Notes: generated by a model not told the origin, from the sequence alone. 64,000 bases of DNA from Deltaproteobacteria bacterium (GCA_016432245.1 CP066680.1:106446-170445); one strand, 5' to 3'; numbered from the stretch's first letter, positions 20,340-30,622 are shown. Program-made: numbers and translations.

Positions 20340-21729
20340 AAAAAAAATTCATATAGGAGATGTTGTATTTCCTAATATTCCAGGTGAAAGAGATGAATTT
20401 ATCAGGGGAGGGGTTTCTTATGGTGATGTAACAAATTTAGTGTGTAGAATGCCAGAGTTAAAATTGGGAGAAGAGCCAAAATGGTGGAAAATAGCATTTG
20501 GGATTTCCATATTAGGTGTTTTTCTTTTTTTCTCTTCTGTTTTTTGCGTTATTTGGTTTGGCATTGGAATGTGGGGAAACAATAATCCTGTTTTTTGGGC
20601 GTGGGATATTGTTAACTTCGTTTTTTGGGTTGGGATAGGGCACGCTGGTACTTTAATATCAGCTATTTTGTTCTTATTTAGACAAAAATGGAGAACTTCG
20701 ATTAATAGATACGCAGAAGCAATGACAATTTTTGCAGTAATATGTGCAGCTTGTTTTCCAGTGTTTCATATGGGAAGAGTTTGGACAGCTCATTTTTTAG
20801 CACCAATACCTAATCAGATGGGCATGTGGCCGAATTTTCGATCTCCTTTGTTATGGGATGTATTTGCTGTTAGTACATATTTTACAATCTCATTGCTTTT
20901 TTGGTATGTTGGGTTAATTCCAGATTTAGCAACATTAAGAGATAGGGCCAAAGGGACTTTGGGAAAGAAAATATATGGGTTCTTTTCTCTTGGATGGAGA
21001 GGATCGGTTAAGGATTGGTATATCTATGAGAAGGCATATTTATTTTTAGCAGCATTATCAACACCATTAGTGTTATCGGTTCATAGTGTGGTTTCGTTTG
21101 ACTTTGCAACTTCACAGCTTTCAGGATGGCATACTACGATTTTTCCACCATATTTTGTTGCAGGTGCTATCCTATCTGGGTTTGCAATGGTGCAGACGTT
21201 AATTATACCAGCACGTATTTGGCTCGATCTAAAAAATCTAATAACAATTCAGCATATTGAAAATATGAACAAAGTTATATTATTAACTTCTAATATGGTA
21301 GGATATGCGTATGGAATAGAATTTTTCATTGCTTGGTATAGCAAGGATCTTGAAGAATTTCAACTTTTTATACATAGAGCCACAGGCTGGTATGCATGGG
21401 CATATTGGACAATGGTTATTTGCAATGTTGTTATTCCTCAATTGTTTTGGATGCGTAGAATCCGCACAAGTATATTTCTAACTTTTATAATGTCTATTGC
21501 AATAAATATAGGAATGTGGTTTGAAAGATTTGTTATTATTGTAACATCTTTGAGTCAGGGAAATGTTCCTTCTTCATGGAGTTATTATAGTCCAAGAATA
21601 TGGGATGTTTTTTTGTTTATAGGTTCTTTTGGACTGTTTTTCTTTTTATTTTTGCTTTTCATTCGATTTTTACCAGTGGTAGCAATGGCAGAGGTAAAGG
21701 GGGTAATGAAGGGCGGTCACTGCAAATAG
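20332..21729 (+). CDS. actC: Alternative Complex III subunit ActC (NrfD/PsrC-like polytopic membrane quinol-interacting subunit)
   Basis: 465 aa, very hydrophobic with ~10 predicted helices. It overlaps the actB stop by 8 nt. Confidence 0.75.
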   Translation: MVEKKIHIGDVVFPNIPGERDEFIRGGVSYGDVTNLVCRMPELKLGEEPKWWKIAFGISILGVFLFFSSVFCVIWFGIGMWGNNNPVFWAWDIVNFVFWVGIGHAGTLISAILFLFRQKWRTSINRYAEAMTIFAVICAACFPVFHMGRVWTAHFLAPIPNQMGMWPNFRSPLLWDVFAVSTYFTISLLFWYVGLIPDLATLRDRAKGTLGKKIYGFFSLGWRGSVKDWYIYEKAYLFLAALSTPLVLSVHSVVSFDFATSQLSGWHTTIFPPYFVAGAILSGFAMVQTLIIPARIWLDLKNLITIQHIENMNKVILLTSNMVGYAYGIEFFIAWYSKDLEEFQLFIHRATGWYAWAYWTMVICNVVIPQLFWMRRIRTSIFLTFIMSIAINIGMWFERFVIIVTSLSQGNVPSSWSYYSPRIWDVFLFIGSFGLFFFLFLLFIRFLPVVAMAEVKGVMKGGHCK

Positions 21730-21743
21730 GAAAGGGAGTATTT

Positions 21744-22292
21744 ATGAATAATATATATGGAATGTTAGCTGAATATGAAGATCAGGGAACCATTTTTGAG
21801 GGATTAACAAAAATTCGATCTTTAGGTTATAAGAAGATAGATATATTTAGTCCATTTCCTATTCATGGGATGGAAGAAATGTTCATGGGTAAAAGCTTAA
21901 AGCGACAATCTCGTAAATTATCTAACACTGTATTTGGATTTGGGATGGTAGGGTTTTTAGCTATTTTTGGTTTAATTACTTGGGTATCTGTTTTTAATTA
22001 TCCTTTAAACATCGGAGGTCGACCTTTGATGAGTTTTCCAGCTTTTATTCCACCAATGTTTGAAATTACAATTTTATTTAGTGGGATAACTACAGTGATT
22101 ACGATGCTTTATTTAAATGGGTTACCTAAGTGGCATAATCCATTATTTAATTCTGTTAAGTTTAAGAGAGTCACAGATGACCGTTTTTTCTTATTAATAT
22201 ATGCAACAGATTGTCGTTTTAATAGTACACAAACACAGATTGATTTAATGAAAAGTAATGCCTTAAGCGTTGAGGTAATATTAAAGGATTGA
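21744..22292 (+). CDS. actD: Alternative Complex III subunit ActD
   Basis: Start reassigned to the ATG at 21744 (MNNIYGMLAEYEDQGTIFEGLTKIRSLGYKKIDIFSPFPIHGMEE). It is an ActD/DUF3341-like N-terminus followed by TM helices. Confidence 0.65.
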   Translation: MNNIYGMLAEYEDQGTIFEGLTKIRSLGYKKIDIFSPFPIHGMEEMFMGKSLKRQSRKLSNTVFGFGMVGFLAIFGLITWVSVFNYPLNIGGRPLMSFPAFIPPMFEITILFSGITTVITMLYLNGLPKWHNPLFNSVKFKRVTDDRFFLLIYATDCRFNSTQTQIDLMKSNALSVEVILKD

Positions 22293-24529
22293 AAATGAAT
22301 ACAATTGAATTTTTTATAAAAAAATTTCTAATATTTTTTTTTCTAATATTTTTTTTTCTAGTAATTTTTTCTGGAGTTTTTGGCAGGGGTTTCATTTCAA
22401 GACATGCTCCAATTTTACTTCAACAGAATATGTTTATACAGGAGAAAGTTGTACCGTACACTCAGGTCTATAACAAACATTTTTTGAAAAATTCTCATTT
22501 AAACAGAAATTTTCCGATAGAATTATTCGAAGATGAGATTCCGATTAGTGATGAAAATTGGCTTTCTACAGGACTTGTAACATATAAGAATAATTGTCAA
22601 ATTTGTCATGGAAAAGCGGGTAGTGGTTTTCCTTTGAATTTTGATCTTCAAATCACACCACCACCGCTCTTAGACCTTCAATCGCTAAAGGAAGTTGATA
22701 TATTTAAAAAGATTAAGCATCATAAGTATGGAGTAATGCCAAGCTTTAAGAATCAATTACAAGCTAGAGAGGCATGGGCTGTTGCATATTACATAAAAAA
22801 TGAGCATTTGCAAAAGGAGATATCATCAATATTAAATGAATTAAAAACTAAGGGATTATTTTATAATGATTTGTTACAGACGCCGAATAATTATTTTGAA
22901 AAGTTATTTTTTTTCAATTTGCTTTATGATTGCGTTTTTTACAATGAATATTTCACAGACTCTTTTTTATTAAATGTTTCGAATTTAGCTTATGCAATAT
23001 TGGATCCAAATTTTGAGTTATCTTTTGAATCTTTTTATGAGATGTTGTCACAGGAAGAAATTACAGATGAAGATTTAAATTTTATTCTGTTAAGGATAAA
23101 AGAAAAATTAATAAGGGAGCGACAAATATATGATATGTTTTCAAATCATGTGGGAAATCCTTATTTTGGAAAAGTAAATAACCTATTTATAACTACAGAG
23201 TTTAATAGAGAAATTTATAATAATTTATTGACAAAGTTGTTGTTTTTGCGTTTTTCTGAAGAGCATAATAATGCAAAGGTTGATAAAATTACTATGTGTA
23301 CAATTAAATCTGAAAATCTTGGAAATAAGCTATATGGTTCGGAAAATCTTTTAAATAAATACCTTCATTCTAGATTGAAAAGTAAGGGAGATAAATTATT
23401 TGTAGCTTTAAATCAATCGTTATTTTTTTTAAATAATAAGGTAGCAGAATTAGAAAACTCTATAAATGGATTGAAAAGAGAATTAGAAGATGATAAATAT
23501 ATATTAGTAGAAAAATGCCCGTTAATTTATAAAGATTTTTTTATAAACATTTATAATTCACAATTAAAAGATTTAACTTCAAAAATAAATAATCAAAACG
23601 ATGATTCGAAAGCAAGGAAGATAATGTTAGAGATAGATAAAGTAAAAGAAACTATCGAAACACGGAAAACACAGATTGAAACCGGCCAAGTATATGACAT
23701 GTTTTATAACGTAGAAATGTCGTATGAAGATTTTGGCCTTATTTTATTGAAAAAGATTATCAGTTATGAGACTTTAGTTAAGAAATACAACATAAGTCTT
23801 GCCAACAAAAAGAACTTTTTTGATTTGGATTTTCTCAATGTAGGTTTGATTCATGATATTGATAAGAAGAATTTAGATTTAATAATTGAAAAGAGACAGG
23901 ATGTTGAAATGATCTCCTTAAATAGGGAAATGCTTGATTATCAATTATTTATTCAAGAATTACAGCAAGAATTTGAAGAAATATTAAGAGACATAGATGA
24001 TTTGAAAGGCATTTTAGACAAAATTCGTACTAAAGGAGCGAAGATTCATACAATAAACACCTCATTTTTGCAAAAAGACTATATGCAATTATATATGTTA
24101 AAAAATAAATTAAATGATCTTCAGTGCTTATTGATATATAAAAAAGATTTAAATGAAGTAGAAATGTTAGGATTGCAAGGGAGTTTTTTTGCTTTTGATT
24201 GGTATCTTGAGGACATTAAACCTAGTATATTAGATCAAAATAAGGAAGAAAAAATGTTAATGCGTAAATATAGAGAATTACTAGAAAAGTTAAAGTATAA
24301 GAAAATATTATTAGGGATATCAATTCAGGAAAGAGAAGTGCGAGCGAAATATTCCCAAGATAGTATGAGTAAATTAATTCAATTATGTGCAATGCTATTA
24401 ACAGAATTGAAGAAGGATCAAGAGAAAGTACGAAGCTATCTTGAATACATATCTGAAAGTGATGTTAAAATTACATATGATTTCATGGGACATTTAACAA
24501 AGTCATGCATGATAAAGGCGGGATTCTAA
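22289..24529 (+). CDS. actE: Alternative Complex III subunit ActE (monoheme cytochrome c) fused to a ~560-aa coiled-coil-like C-terminal extension
   Basis: 746-aa uninterrupted ORF. It has an N-terminal TM helix, a single CQICHGK heme motif and a distal Met segment (KYGVMPSF) within the first ~180 aa. The remaining ~560 aa are K/E/L/N-rich heptad-like sequence with no stop codons. It overlaps actD as ATGA, and actF begins 2 nt after its stop. Confidence 0.7.
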   Translation: MKMNTIEFFIKKFLIFFFLIFFFLVIFSGVFGRGFISRHAPILLQQNMFIQEKVVPYTQVYNKHFLKNSHLNRNFPIELFEDEIPISDENWLSTGLVTYKNNCQICHGKAGSGFPLNFDLQITPPPLLDLQSLKEVDIFKKIKHHKYGVMPSFKNQLQAREAWAVAYYIKNEHLQKEISSILNELKTKGLFYNDLLQTPNNYFEKLFFFNLLYDCVFYNEYFTDSFLLNVSNLAYAILDPNFELSFESFYEMLSQEEITDEDLNFILLRIKEKLIRERQIYDMFSNHVGNPYFGKVNNLFITTEFNREIYNNLLTKLLFLRFSEEHNNAKVDKITMCTIKSENLGNKLYGSENLLNKYLHSRLKSKGDKLFVALNQSLFFLNNKVAELENSINGLKRELEDDKYILVEKCPLIYKDFFINIYNSQLKDLTSKINNQNDDSKARKIMLEIDKVKETIETRKTQIETGQVYDMFYNVEMSYEDFGLILLKKIISYETLVKKYNISLANKKNFFDLDFLNVGLIHDIDKKNLDLIIEKRQDVEMISLNREMLDYQLFIQELQQEFEEILRDIDDLKGILDKIRTKGAKIHTINTSFLQKDYMQLYMLKNKLNDLQCLLIYKKDLNEVEMLGLQGSFFAFDWYLEDIKPSILDQNKEEKMLMRKYRELLEKLKYKKILLGISIQEREVRAKYSQDSMSKLIQLCAMLLTELKKDQEKVRSYLEYISESDVKITYDFMGHLTKSCMIKAGF

Positions 24530-24530
24530 T

Positions 24531-25787
24531 ATGATAATGGCTTTATATCGTTTATATCCACCGTCAGAAGCGGAGATGAGAATTCGCCTTCGTCGGCATG
24601 GGCGTACACGGCGACCACAACCATATGAAAATTTGTTTCAAGTTACACCAACTACGGTCAAGAGGGATTCATTTTTAATGCTTTTAAGTATGTTGTTCTT
24701 AACCTATTGGATTATATGTTGGATATCCATACCAACAAGGGCGTCCTTTGGCTATCTTTTTGCATTTATATCTATGTTGACATGTGTACTTGGATCTTCT
24801 TTTTTTGTTTTAATTCAACATGCAGTAAGAGCAGGATGGTCCGTAATAGCACGGCGAAGTGCTGAATTTATCATGGAAACTGTATCTTTGTTTGCGATTT
24901 TATTTTTACTTGTTGTTATTAACATGAAGGACTTATATATATGGACAGATCCATCATGTAATTTTGAATTGGCGTCAATTGGGATGTTTTATTTGAATAA
25001 TGTTTTCTGGATTATAAGAGGAATTGGGTACTTTTTAGTTTGGATTATTTCTTCAAAATATATTTGCCAAAAATCATTCAATCAAGATCAGGCAAAAAAT
25101 GATTCATTATCTATAACAATGCAAAAAGCAAGTTATATTTTCTTGTTATTATATGCATATACGACATCTTTTGCCTCCTTTGATTGGGTGATGTCTTTAC
25201 AGCCACATTGGTTTTCATCAATTTTTGGTATTTATTTTTTTGCAACTTGTTTTTTAACAGGGTTGGCAAGTATTTGCTTTATATTTTTATTAACAAGGGT
25301 TCCTTCAAATACAAATCATATGTATGATTTTGGAAAATTGTTATTTGGATTTACTATATTTTGGACATATATAGCATTTAGTCAATTTATGCTAATATGG
25401 TATAGTGATCTTCCGGAAGAAATTGGTTTTTATACTACCAGGTCTAACACGGAAGAGTGGTGGAGAATGTCTTTTTATTTAATATTTTTTAATTTTATAG
25501 TTCCATTTTTCTTTTTAATAAGGAAAGATAACAAATGGCATTATGGACCAATCTTTTTTATGTCAATGTGGACTTTGTTTTTTCAATTTATACACATTTA
25601 TTGGTTAATAATGCCAATCTTAGGTGAGGAAAAATGGTGGTATTCCCTAGATTGTGATTTTTCTGCAATGATGATTGTTATGGCCTTATTTATAAGGAAA
25701 ATTATTCGATCATGTAGAAAGTACGAATTATATCCTAAAAATGATCCATTTTTAGAAGAATCCTTGAAATGTGAGAAAATTCATTAA
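24531..25787 (+). CDS. actF: Alternative Complex III subunit ActF (second NrfD-like membrane subunit)
   Basis: 418 aa polytopic membrane protein, paralogous in character to ActC, in the canonical actABCDEF order. Confidence 0.65.
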   Translation: MIMALYRLYPPSEAEMRIRLRRHGRTRRPQPYENLFQVTPTTVKRDSFLMLLSMLFLTYWIICWISIPTRASFGYLFAFISMLTCVLGSSFFVLIQHAVRAGWSVIARRSAEFIMETVSLFAILFLLVVINMKDLYIWTDPSCNFELASIGMFYLNNVFWIIRGIGYFLVWIISSKYICQKSFNQDQAKNDSLSITMQKASYIFLLLYAYTTSFASFDWVMSLQPHWFSSIFGIYFFATCFLTGLASICFIFLLTRVPSNTNHMYDFGKLLFGFTIFWTYIAFSQFMLIWYSDLPEEIGFYTTRSNTEEWWRMSFYLIFFNFIVPFFFLIRKDNKWHYGPIFFMSMWTLFFQFIHIYWLIMPILGEEKWWYSLDCDFSAMMIVMALFIRKIIRSCRKYELYPKNDPFLEESLKCEKIH

Positions 25788-25792
25788 AAAAG

Positions 25793-26860
25793 ATGCTTGA
25801 GCTTGAAATCCTTTATACTTTTTTAGTTACTTTAATCGTATTTATCACTGTATTTTTATTTGTTTCAATTTCTTCATATATAGTGGCTTACTATTTGTTA
25901 AAATCATTTATCGAGTGGTTTTGTGAATATATGCACTCAAATGTCGAGGATTTTGATAAAAGTATTTTATTAGCAATATTTGGCCCTGTTCGTATGGGGT
26001 TAGCTTTTTTAGTGGTGTTCTTATTAGCGTACTGTATAAGTATGTTGCATATTTATTTGCCTTTATTACAAGAAATTGCAAGTCTTTTATTCTTTTTTGT
26101 AACAACATGGTTTCTTTTCGATTTGATAAATTTAGGATTTTCATGGCTAAATCAATTTTATAGTAAAAGAGGGCAAATCGAAATTGTTTTGCTGATTCCA
26201 TTATGGCGTCGCATAGTAAAAGGAGTTATTATAATATTTGTTATTTTATTTTTTTTGCAAAATAGTGGAGTTCAGATAACCGCTTTACTAGCAGGATTGG
26301 GTGTTGGAGGCATTGCCATTGCACTAGGAGCTCAAAAGGCCATAGGAGATTTTATAGGTGGATTAATATTGGTTTTTGATAGGCCAATTAAAATTGGTGA
26401 TGAGTGCAGGTTTTATGATAAACATGGATATATAGAATCTATAGGGCTTAGAAGTGTAAGAGTAAGAACGCCTGAAAAGACCTTATTGATTATTCCAAAT
26501 TCAGATTTTTCCCAGGGAAGGATTGAAAATGTTTCAGAAAGAGATAGAATATTGTTTAAAAGTTTAATTTCTGTACATCAAAATACTACCTTAAAAAAAA
26601 TTCAATGTTTGCTTTTAGAGTTTGAGCAGCTTTTATACAATTCTTCATACACATGTAAAGAGAAAATAAGGGTAACGTTAATTGGATTTAGTAAAAATTC
26701 TTTTGATATAGAGATTCAAGCATATGTATTAACAAATAATTATACAGAATTTTTATCAATGCAAGAAAATTTATTAATGGATTTAATGAATAAAATAAAG
26801 AAATTGAAAATCAATTTAGCTATTCCAATTGTGGAAAATATAGAATCCTTATCTAGTTGA
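25793..26860 (+). CDS. MscS-family small-conductance mechanosensitive channel
   Basis: 355 aa. It has N-terminal TM helices, then the conserved MscS pore/beta-domain region (GLGVGGIAIALGAQKAIGDFIGGLILVFDRPIKIGD). It starts 5 nt after actF. Confidence 0.7.
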   Translation: MLELEILYTFLVTLIVFITVFLFVSISSYIVAYYLLKSFIEWFCEYMHSNVEDFDKSILLAIFGPVRMGLAFLVVFLLAYCISMLHIYLPLLQEIASLLFFFVTTWFLFDLINLGFSWLNQFYSKRGQIEIVLLIPLWRRIVKGVIIIFVILFFLQNSGVQITALLAGLGVGGIAIALGAQKAIGDFIGGLILVFDRPIKIGDECRFYDKHGYIESIGLRSVRVRTPEKTLLIIPNSDFSQGRIENVSERDRILFKSLISVHQNTTLKKIQCLLLEFEQLLYNSSYTCKEKIRVTLIGFSKNSFDIEIQAYVLTNNYTEFLSMQENLLMDLMNKIKKLKINLAIPIVENIESLSS

Positions 26861-26865
26861 AAGTG

Positions 26866-27834
26866 CTATTTTATACATTTTTTTAAAGATGGTTTTTGAA
26901 TTGCAGCTAAGTGGCAATTATAAGTTTTACAAAATATGTGATATTTGAGATTTGGGCTATAAAAATATAAAAATGTAGATTGTATCGGATATAAAATTGC
27001 ATATATTGATGACACACTGGAGGAAGAGATAGGCCCAGGTGGTATTCCATAATTGACATAAGTATTATATTCATTAAATTGTTTAGTTTGAAATTTTAAA
27101 GGCATGATATTCTTTTGAAATATATAGGAGCTGCTTGAATCCATTTGTAGTTTCATTTTTATTTTTAATCTATTAAAAATAATTCCAGCAATTACTTTTT
27201 TCTCATACTGCAACGAAGATTCTTTTTCGACAATGGAAGCAAGTGTAAGTAACGTGTGTAAGTTTATTTTAAGCTGAATAATCATTTTTCTTTTTAAATC
27301 AGGGAAGATATTAGACAGTATTTTATTATTAAATTTGGTTAACATGGCGTTTAGAGATTGATTGCATGGGATACGATAAGTAGCAGGAGAAAAATAGCCT
27401 TCTAATCCTCCCTTTATAGAAAAGTTAGCATTTAGAGTTTTGTAGAAAGTAATGTCATTTAAGGTATATTCAATATTTTTAGGCGAAATAGATTGGGAAT
27501 TAATGAGGGATTCTAGTATTGAATCTAAAGAGGCATTTTCATCTATGCGTATCTTGTATGTTTTTTTAATATTATGGGAAGCTATATAGATTGATTTAAT
27601 GACGGATATATTTTTACATATTGGCAGAGATGCAGGGAGATGTGTTGTTAGAAATAAAAAATCTTTATATATATTCCAGAAAATTTTATGCGATTTTTCA
27701 AAAGATGAAATATTAATTTCTCGACATTTTTTTAAATATATTTGTTTATTAATAAATTTCCAATAGGAGAAAGAGCATATTAAAAAGAGCCCGATAATGG
27801 GAGTTAATAAACGAAGGAAATTAAATATGTTCAT
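26866..27834 (-). CDS. mltG: endolytic murein transglycosylase MltG (YceG family)
   Basis: 322 aa. It has an N-terminal TM anchor and the YceG signature YNTYVNYGIPPGPISS (YNTYxxxGLPPGPI). Confidence 0.75.
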   Translation of the reverse strand: MNIFNFLRLLTPIIGLFLICSFSYWKFINKQIYLKKCREINISSFEKSHKIFWNIYKDFLFLTTHLPASLPICKNISVIKSIYIASHNIKKTYKIRIDENASLDSILESLINSQSISPKNIEYTLNDITFYKTLNANFSIKGGLEGYFSPATYRIPCNQSLNAMLTKFNNKILSNIFPDLKRKMIIQLKINLHTLLTLASIVEKESSLQYEKKVIAGIIFNRLKIKMKLQMDSSSSYIFQKNIMPLKFQTKQFNEYNTYVNYGIPPGPISSSSVSSIYAILYPIQSTFLYFYSPNLKYHIFCKTYNCHLAAIQKPSLKKCIK

Positions 27835-28210
27835 ATAAAAAGGACTCTAAAATAATTTTAGCAGAAATGCTATGAATAGAAACTGCTTTTGATTTATAAG
27901 TTTTAGATTTTGCCAAGTAAGAAGAATAAGACTCATCATGTAATAGAATTTTATATTTTATTGGTAAAATTAACGTAAAATCAGCAAAATATAATAAAGA
28001 TTGAGAAAAAATATGACTATTTTTTTCAGGATATCCAATTAAAATTGTTTGTATATTTAAATTGTTTATAATGGATAAAAGGAGTGTTATAGTTTTTTTT
28101 TTGCTTTCAATTTTAATATGAGGCAAAACTTGTGTCATTGTGCAAGAGCATTTACAAATAGCAAGACCAATATATTTTATGCCTAAGTCCATTGCTAGTA
28201 TGTTTAACAT
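27821..28210 (-). CDS. ruvX: Holliday-junction resolvase-like / pre-16S rRNA nuclease YqgF (RuvX)
   Basis: 129 aa; ILAMDLGIKYIGLAI has the RNase H-like YqgF N-terminal D-x-G signature. Confidence 0.7.
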   Translation of the reverse strand: MLNILAMDLGIKYIGLAICKCSCTMTQVLPHIKIESKKKTITLLLSIINNLNIQTILIGYPEKNSHIFSQSLLYFADFTLILPIKYKILLHDESYSSYLAKSKTYKSKAVSIHSISAKIILESFLYEHI

Positions 28211-28211
28211 A

Positions 28212-28622
28212 TTATCTTGATTTTGAAATTATAAATACTCCAATTTGTTTACCATGAGGAGTATTATTTAAAAAATTTGAAAAAAAAATACCGTTTGTTG
28301 ATCCTGTAAATTTTAGAAAAACTTCTAAGGGCAAATTGTTATGAAATCCAATGACTTCTTTCAAAATTAAGTGCCCGTCCTTATACAAATAGAGTCCAAT
28401 GCTTTGTTGCATTCCTGATATATTTGAAATTTCATATTGGTTTCGTGATATAAATTTTAAAATAAATTGACTACCTTCAAATTCAGAGAAATAACCAGTG
28501 TTAGAAATTGATATTCCTTTAATTAATTTACCTGTGAGCTCATGATAAAGATGAGGATGTTTATTATAAAAGAAGGAATCTAAAAGAACTAAAAAAAGTA
28601 ATAAGAGTAAAACATATTTCAT
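28212..28622 (-). CDS. hypothetical secreted protein
   Basis: 136 aa. It has an N-terminal hydrophobic signal-like segment (MKYVLLLLLFLVLL) and sits between thrS and ruvX with 1-17 nt spacers. Confidence 0.4.
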   Translation of the reverse strand: MKYVLLLLLFLVLLDSFFYNKHPHLYHELTGKLIKGISISNTGYFSEFEGSQFILKFISRNQYEISNISGMQQSIGLYLYKDGHLILKEVIGFHNNLPLEVFLKFTGSTNGIFFSNFLNNTPHGKQIGVFIISKSR

Positions 28623-28639
28623 AGAGGATAGTATATTAA

Positions 28640-30349
28640 TTATTCTAATTGTTTTAAGTAAGCAATTAATGAATTGATTTCCATTGATAGATGTGAAGAA
28701 TTTCGGAGACGAATAGCTACCTGCTTTTCAGAAATTTCTTTGTCTCCAATAATTAAGACGATTGGAATTTTATCAGTTTGGGCATTTCGAATCTTAGCAG
28801 ATAAAGGTTCATTTTTTAAAAAAGTTTTTACACGAAATCCTTCATGTTTCAGAATTGATTCAATCGATTTCGAAAATGAGATATGTTTTTCTGAAATATT
28901 TAAGATTCGAATTTGCTCAGGCGCAAGCCAGAATGGAAAAGCGCCAGCGTATTCTTCAATTAGAATGCCAATAAATCGTTCAAAAGAGCCAAGAAGAGCT
29001 CTATGAATAATGATTGGGTGTTCTAATTTGCCATGTTTATTTATAAAATTTATATCAAATTGCAGTGCATTTATAAAATCTAGCTGAATTGTTGAGCATT
29101 GCCAGAGACGGTTTAGGGAGTCTTTTAATTTGATATCAATTTTAGGACCATAAAATGCTCCATTTCCTATATCTATGCTGTACTTTAAATTATGATATAA
29201 TATAGCTTTTTTTAAGCTATCCTCTGCGATTTCCCATTGTTTTAGAGTGCCTATATATTTATCGGGACGAGTTGAGATTGTAACTTCGAATTTGCAAAAT
29301 CCAAATTTTTTTAAAATTGTAAGAGCTAGAGATATAATATTTCTTAATTCTAAATCAATTTGTGAAAATTCGCAGAAAATGTGAGAATCATCTTGAGTGA
29401 ACCCTCTTAATCTTAAAAGGCCATGTAGAACTCCCGGTAATTCATACCTATATACTGTTCCAAATTCCGCTAGTCGAATAGGAAGGTCACGATAGCTATG
29501 CTGATGGGCTTTAAAAGCAGTAATATGAAATGGGCAATTCATTGGCTTTAAAACATAAGAAGATTTATCTACACACATGGGTGGGTACATACTGTCTTTA
29601 TAGTAAGCCCAGTGTCCAGAAGTTTTCCATAGATCGATAGATGCAATATGAGGAGAATATACAAAATTATATCCATTTAATAAATGAATCTTTTTTAAAT
29701 AATCTTCTATAACGGAACGAATTATAGCACCATTAGGGAGCCAAATATTTAATCCAGCACCGATTAATGGATTTGATGCAGAAAAGAGATCGAAAGAAGA
29801 GGCAAGATTTCTATGATCTCTTTTTTTTGATTCTTCAAGAAGTTTAAGGTAGGAATTTAAATCATTGATAGACGGAAATGCCATTCCAGCAATTCTATAT
29901 AGAATTGCATTCTGTTTATTTGATTTCCAGTATGAGCTAGATATATTAAGTAATTTAAACTCTTTGATTTGATTTAAATTTTTTATGTGAGGGCCTCTAC
30001 AGAGGTCAAAATAATTTCCACATTTATAGATGCTTACTGAATTTGACTTTATATCTTTTAGAATTTCTATTTTATATATTTGTTTGCATAAGGAAAATAA
30101 AGAGATTGCTTCTTTATGACGTAGATCAAAATGATAGAAATTTAAAGACAAAGAGATTAATCTCCTCATTTCTTTTTCAATTTCAGTTAAATCAGATGTT
30201 GTTAATTGTTTCTCTAGGCGTACTTCATAATAAAACCCATTATGATGGGGTTTTGAGTCGGTGCCAAGTAGGGTATGAGGATAAGTATTTAAAATGGCAT
30301 AGGCTAATAGATGTTCACAACTGTGTGAAAGAATATTTTTTGATGACAT
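28640..30349 (-). CDS. thrS: threonine--tRNA ligase (lacks N-terminal TGS domain)
   Basis: 569 aa. It has the class II core (HRDLPIRLAEFGTVYRYE), an editing-domain HxxxH segment and a C-terminal anticodon-binding domain. Confidence 0.85.
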   Translation of the reverse strand: MSSKNILSHSCEHLLAYAILNTYPHTLLGTDSKPHHNGFYYEVRLEKQLTTSDLTEIEKEMRRLISLSLNFYHFDLRHKEAISLFSLCKQIYKIEILKDIKSNSVSIYKCGNYFDLCRGPHIKNLNQIKEFKLLNISSSYWKSNKQNAILYRIAGMAFPSINDLNSYLKLLEESKKRDHRNLASSFDLFSASNPLIGAGLNIWLPNGAIIRSVIEDYLKKIHLLNGYNFVYSPHIASIDLWKTSGHWAYYKDSMYPPMCVDKSSYVLKPMNCPFHITAFKAHQHSYRDLPIRLAEFGTVYRYELPGVLHGLLRLRGFTQDDSHIFCEFSQIDLELRNIISLALTILKKFGFCKFEVTISTRPDKYIGTLKQWEIAEDSLKKAILYHNLKYSIDIGNGAFYGPKIDIKLKDSLNRLWQCSTIQLDFINALQFDINFINKHGKLEHPIIIHRALLGSFERFIGILIEEYAGAFPFWLAPEQIRILNISEKHISFSKSIESILKHEGFRVKTFLKNEPLSAKIRNAQTDKIPIVLIIGDKEISEKQVAIRLRNSSHLSMEINSLIAYLKQLE

Positions 30350-30356
30350 TGCAATA

Positions 30357-30428
30357 TAGGTACGGCCGGGATTGAACCGACGACCCTTACCATGTCACGG
30401 TAATGCTCTACCACTGAGCTACGCACCT
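30357..30428 (-). tRNA. tRNA-Val (anticodon GAC)
   Basis: Reverse complement folded by hand: acceptor AGGTGCG/CGTACCT, D arm GCTC-AGTGGTA-GAGC, anticodon arm TTACC-GTGACAT-GGTAA, T arm GTCGG-TTCAATC-CCGGC. Confidence 0.8.
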
Positions 30429-30622
30429 TATTTTAACTTATAGAAACTAAAAGACCTTGTCAATAAAATAATATTTACTACGAATTGATACTTCTTGTAA
30501 TAATTTTCAATTATAATGAGAGAAAATATCTTGTTTTTTACTTTAAGTTTTATTAACTTAAAAAAACCGTTGAAAGTAAGCTATTGTTTTTATTTTTATT
30601 GTGGTTTAGAGTAAAAAAGATA

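Noticed and set aside
28674-29006. ORF 28674..29006(+), plus other 60-110 aa antisense ORFs (8389..8628, 8872..9060, 11835..12108, 13094..13372, 17065..17292, 18227..18964, 25908..26201, 31219..31554, 43241..43465, 44588..44884, 48614..48814, 54549..54809, 56622..57263, 60375..61106, 61917..62123)
   Set aside because: All lie inside, and antisense or out of frame to, confidently identified genes. They are typical shadow ORFs.
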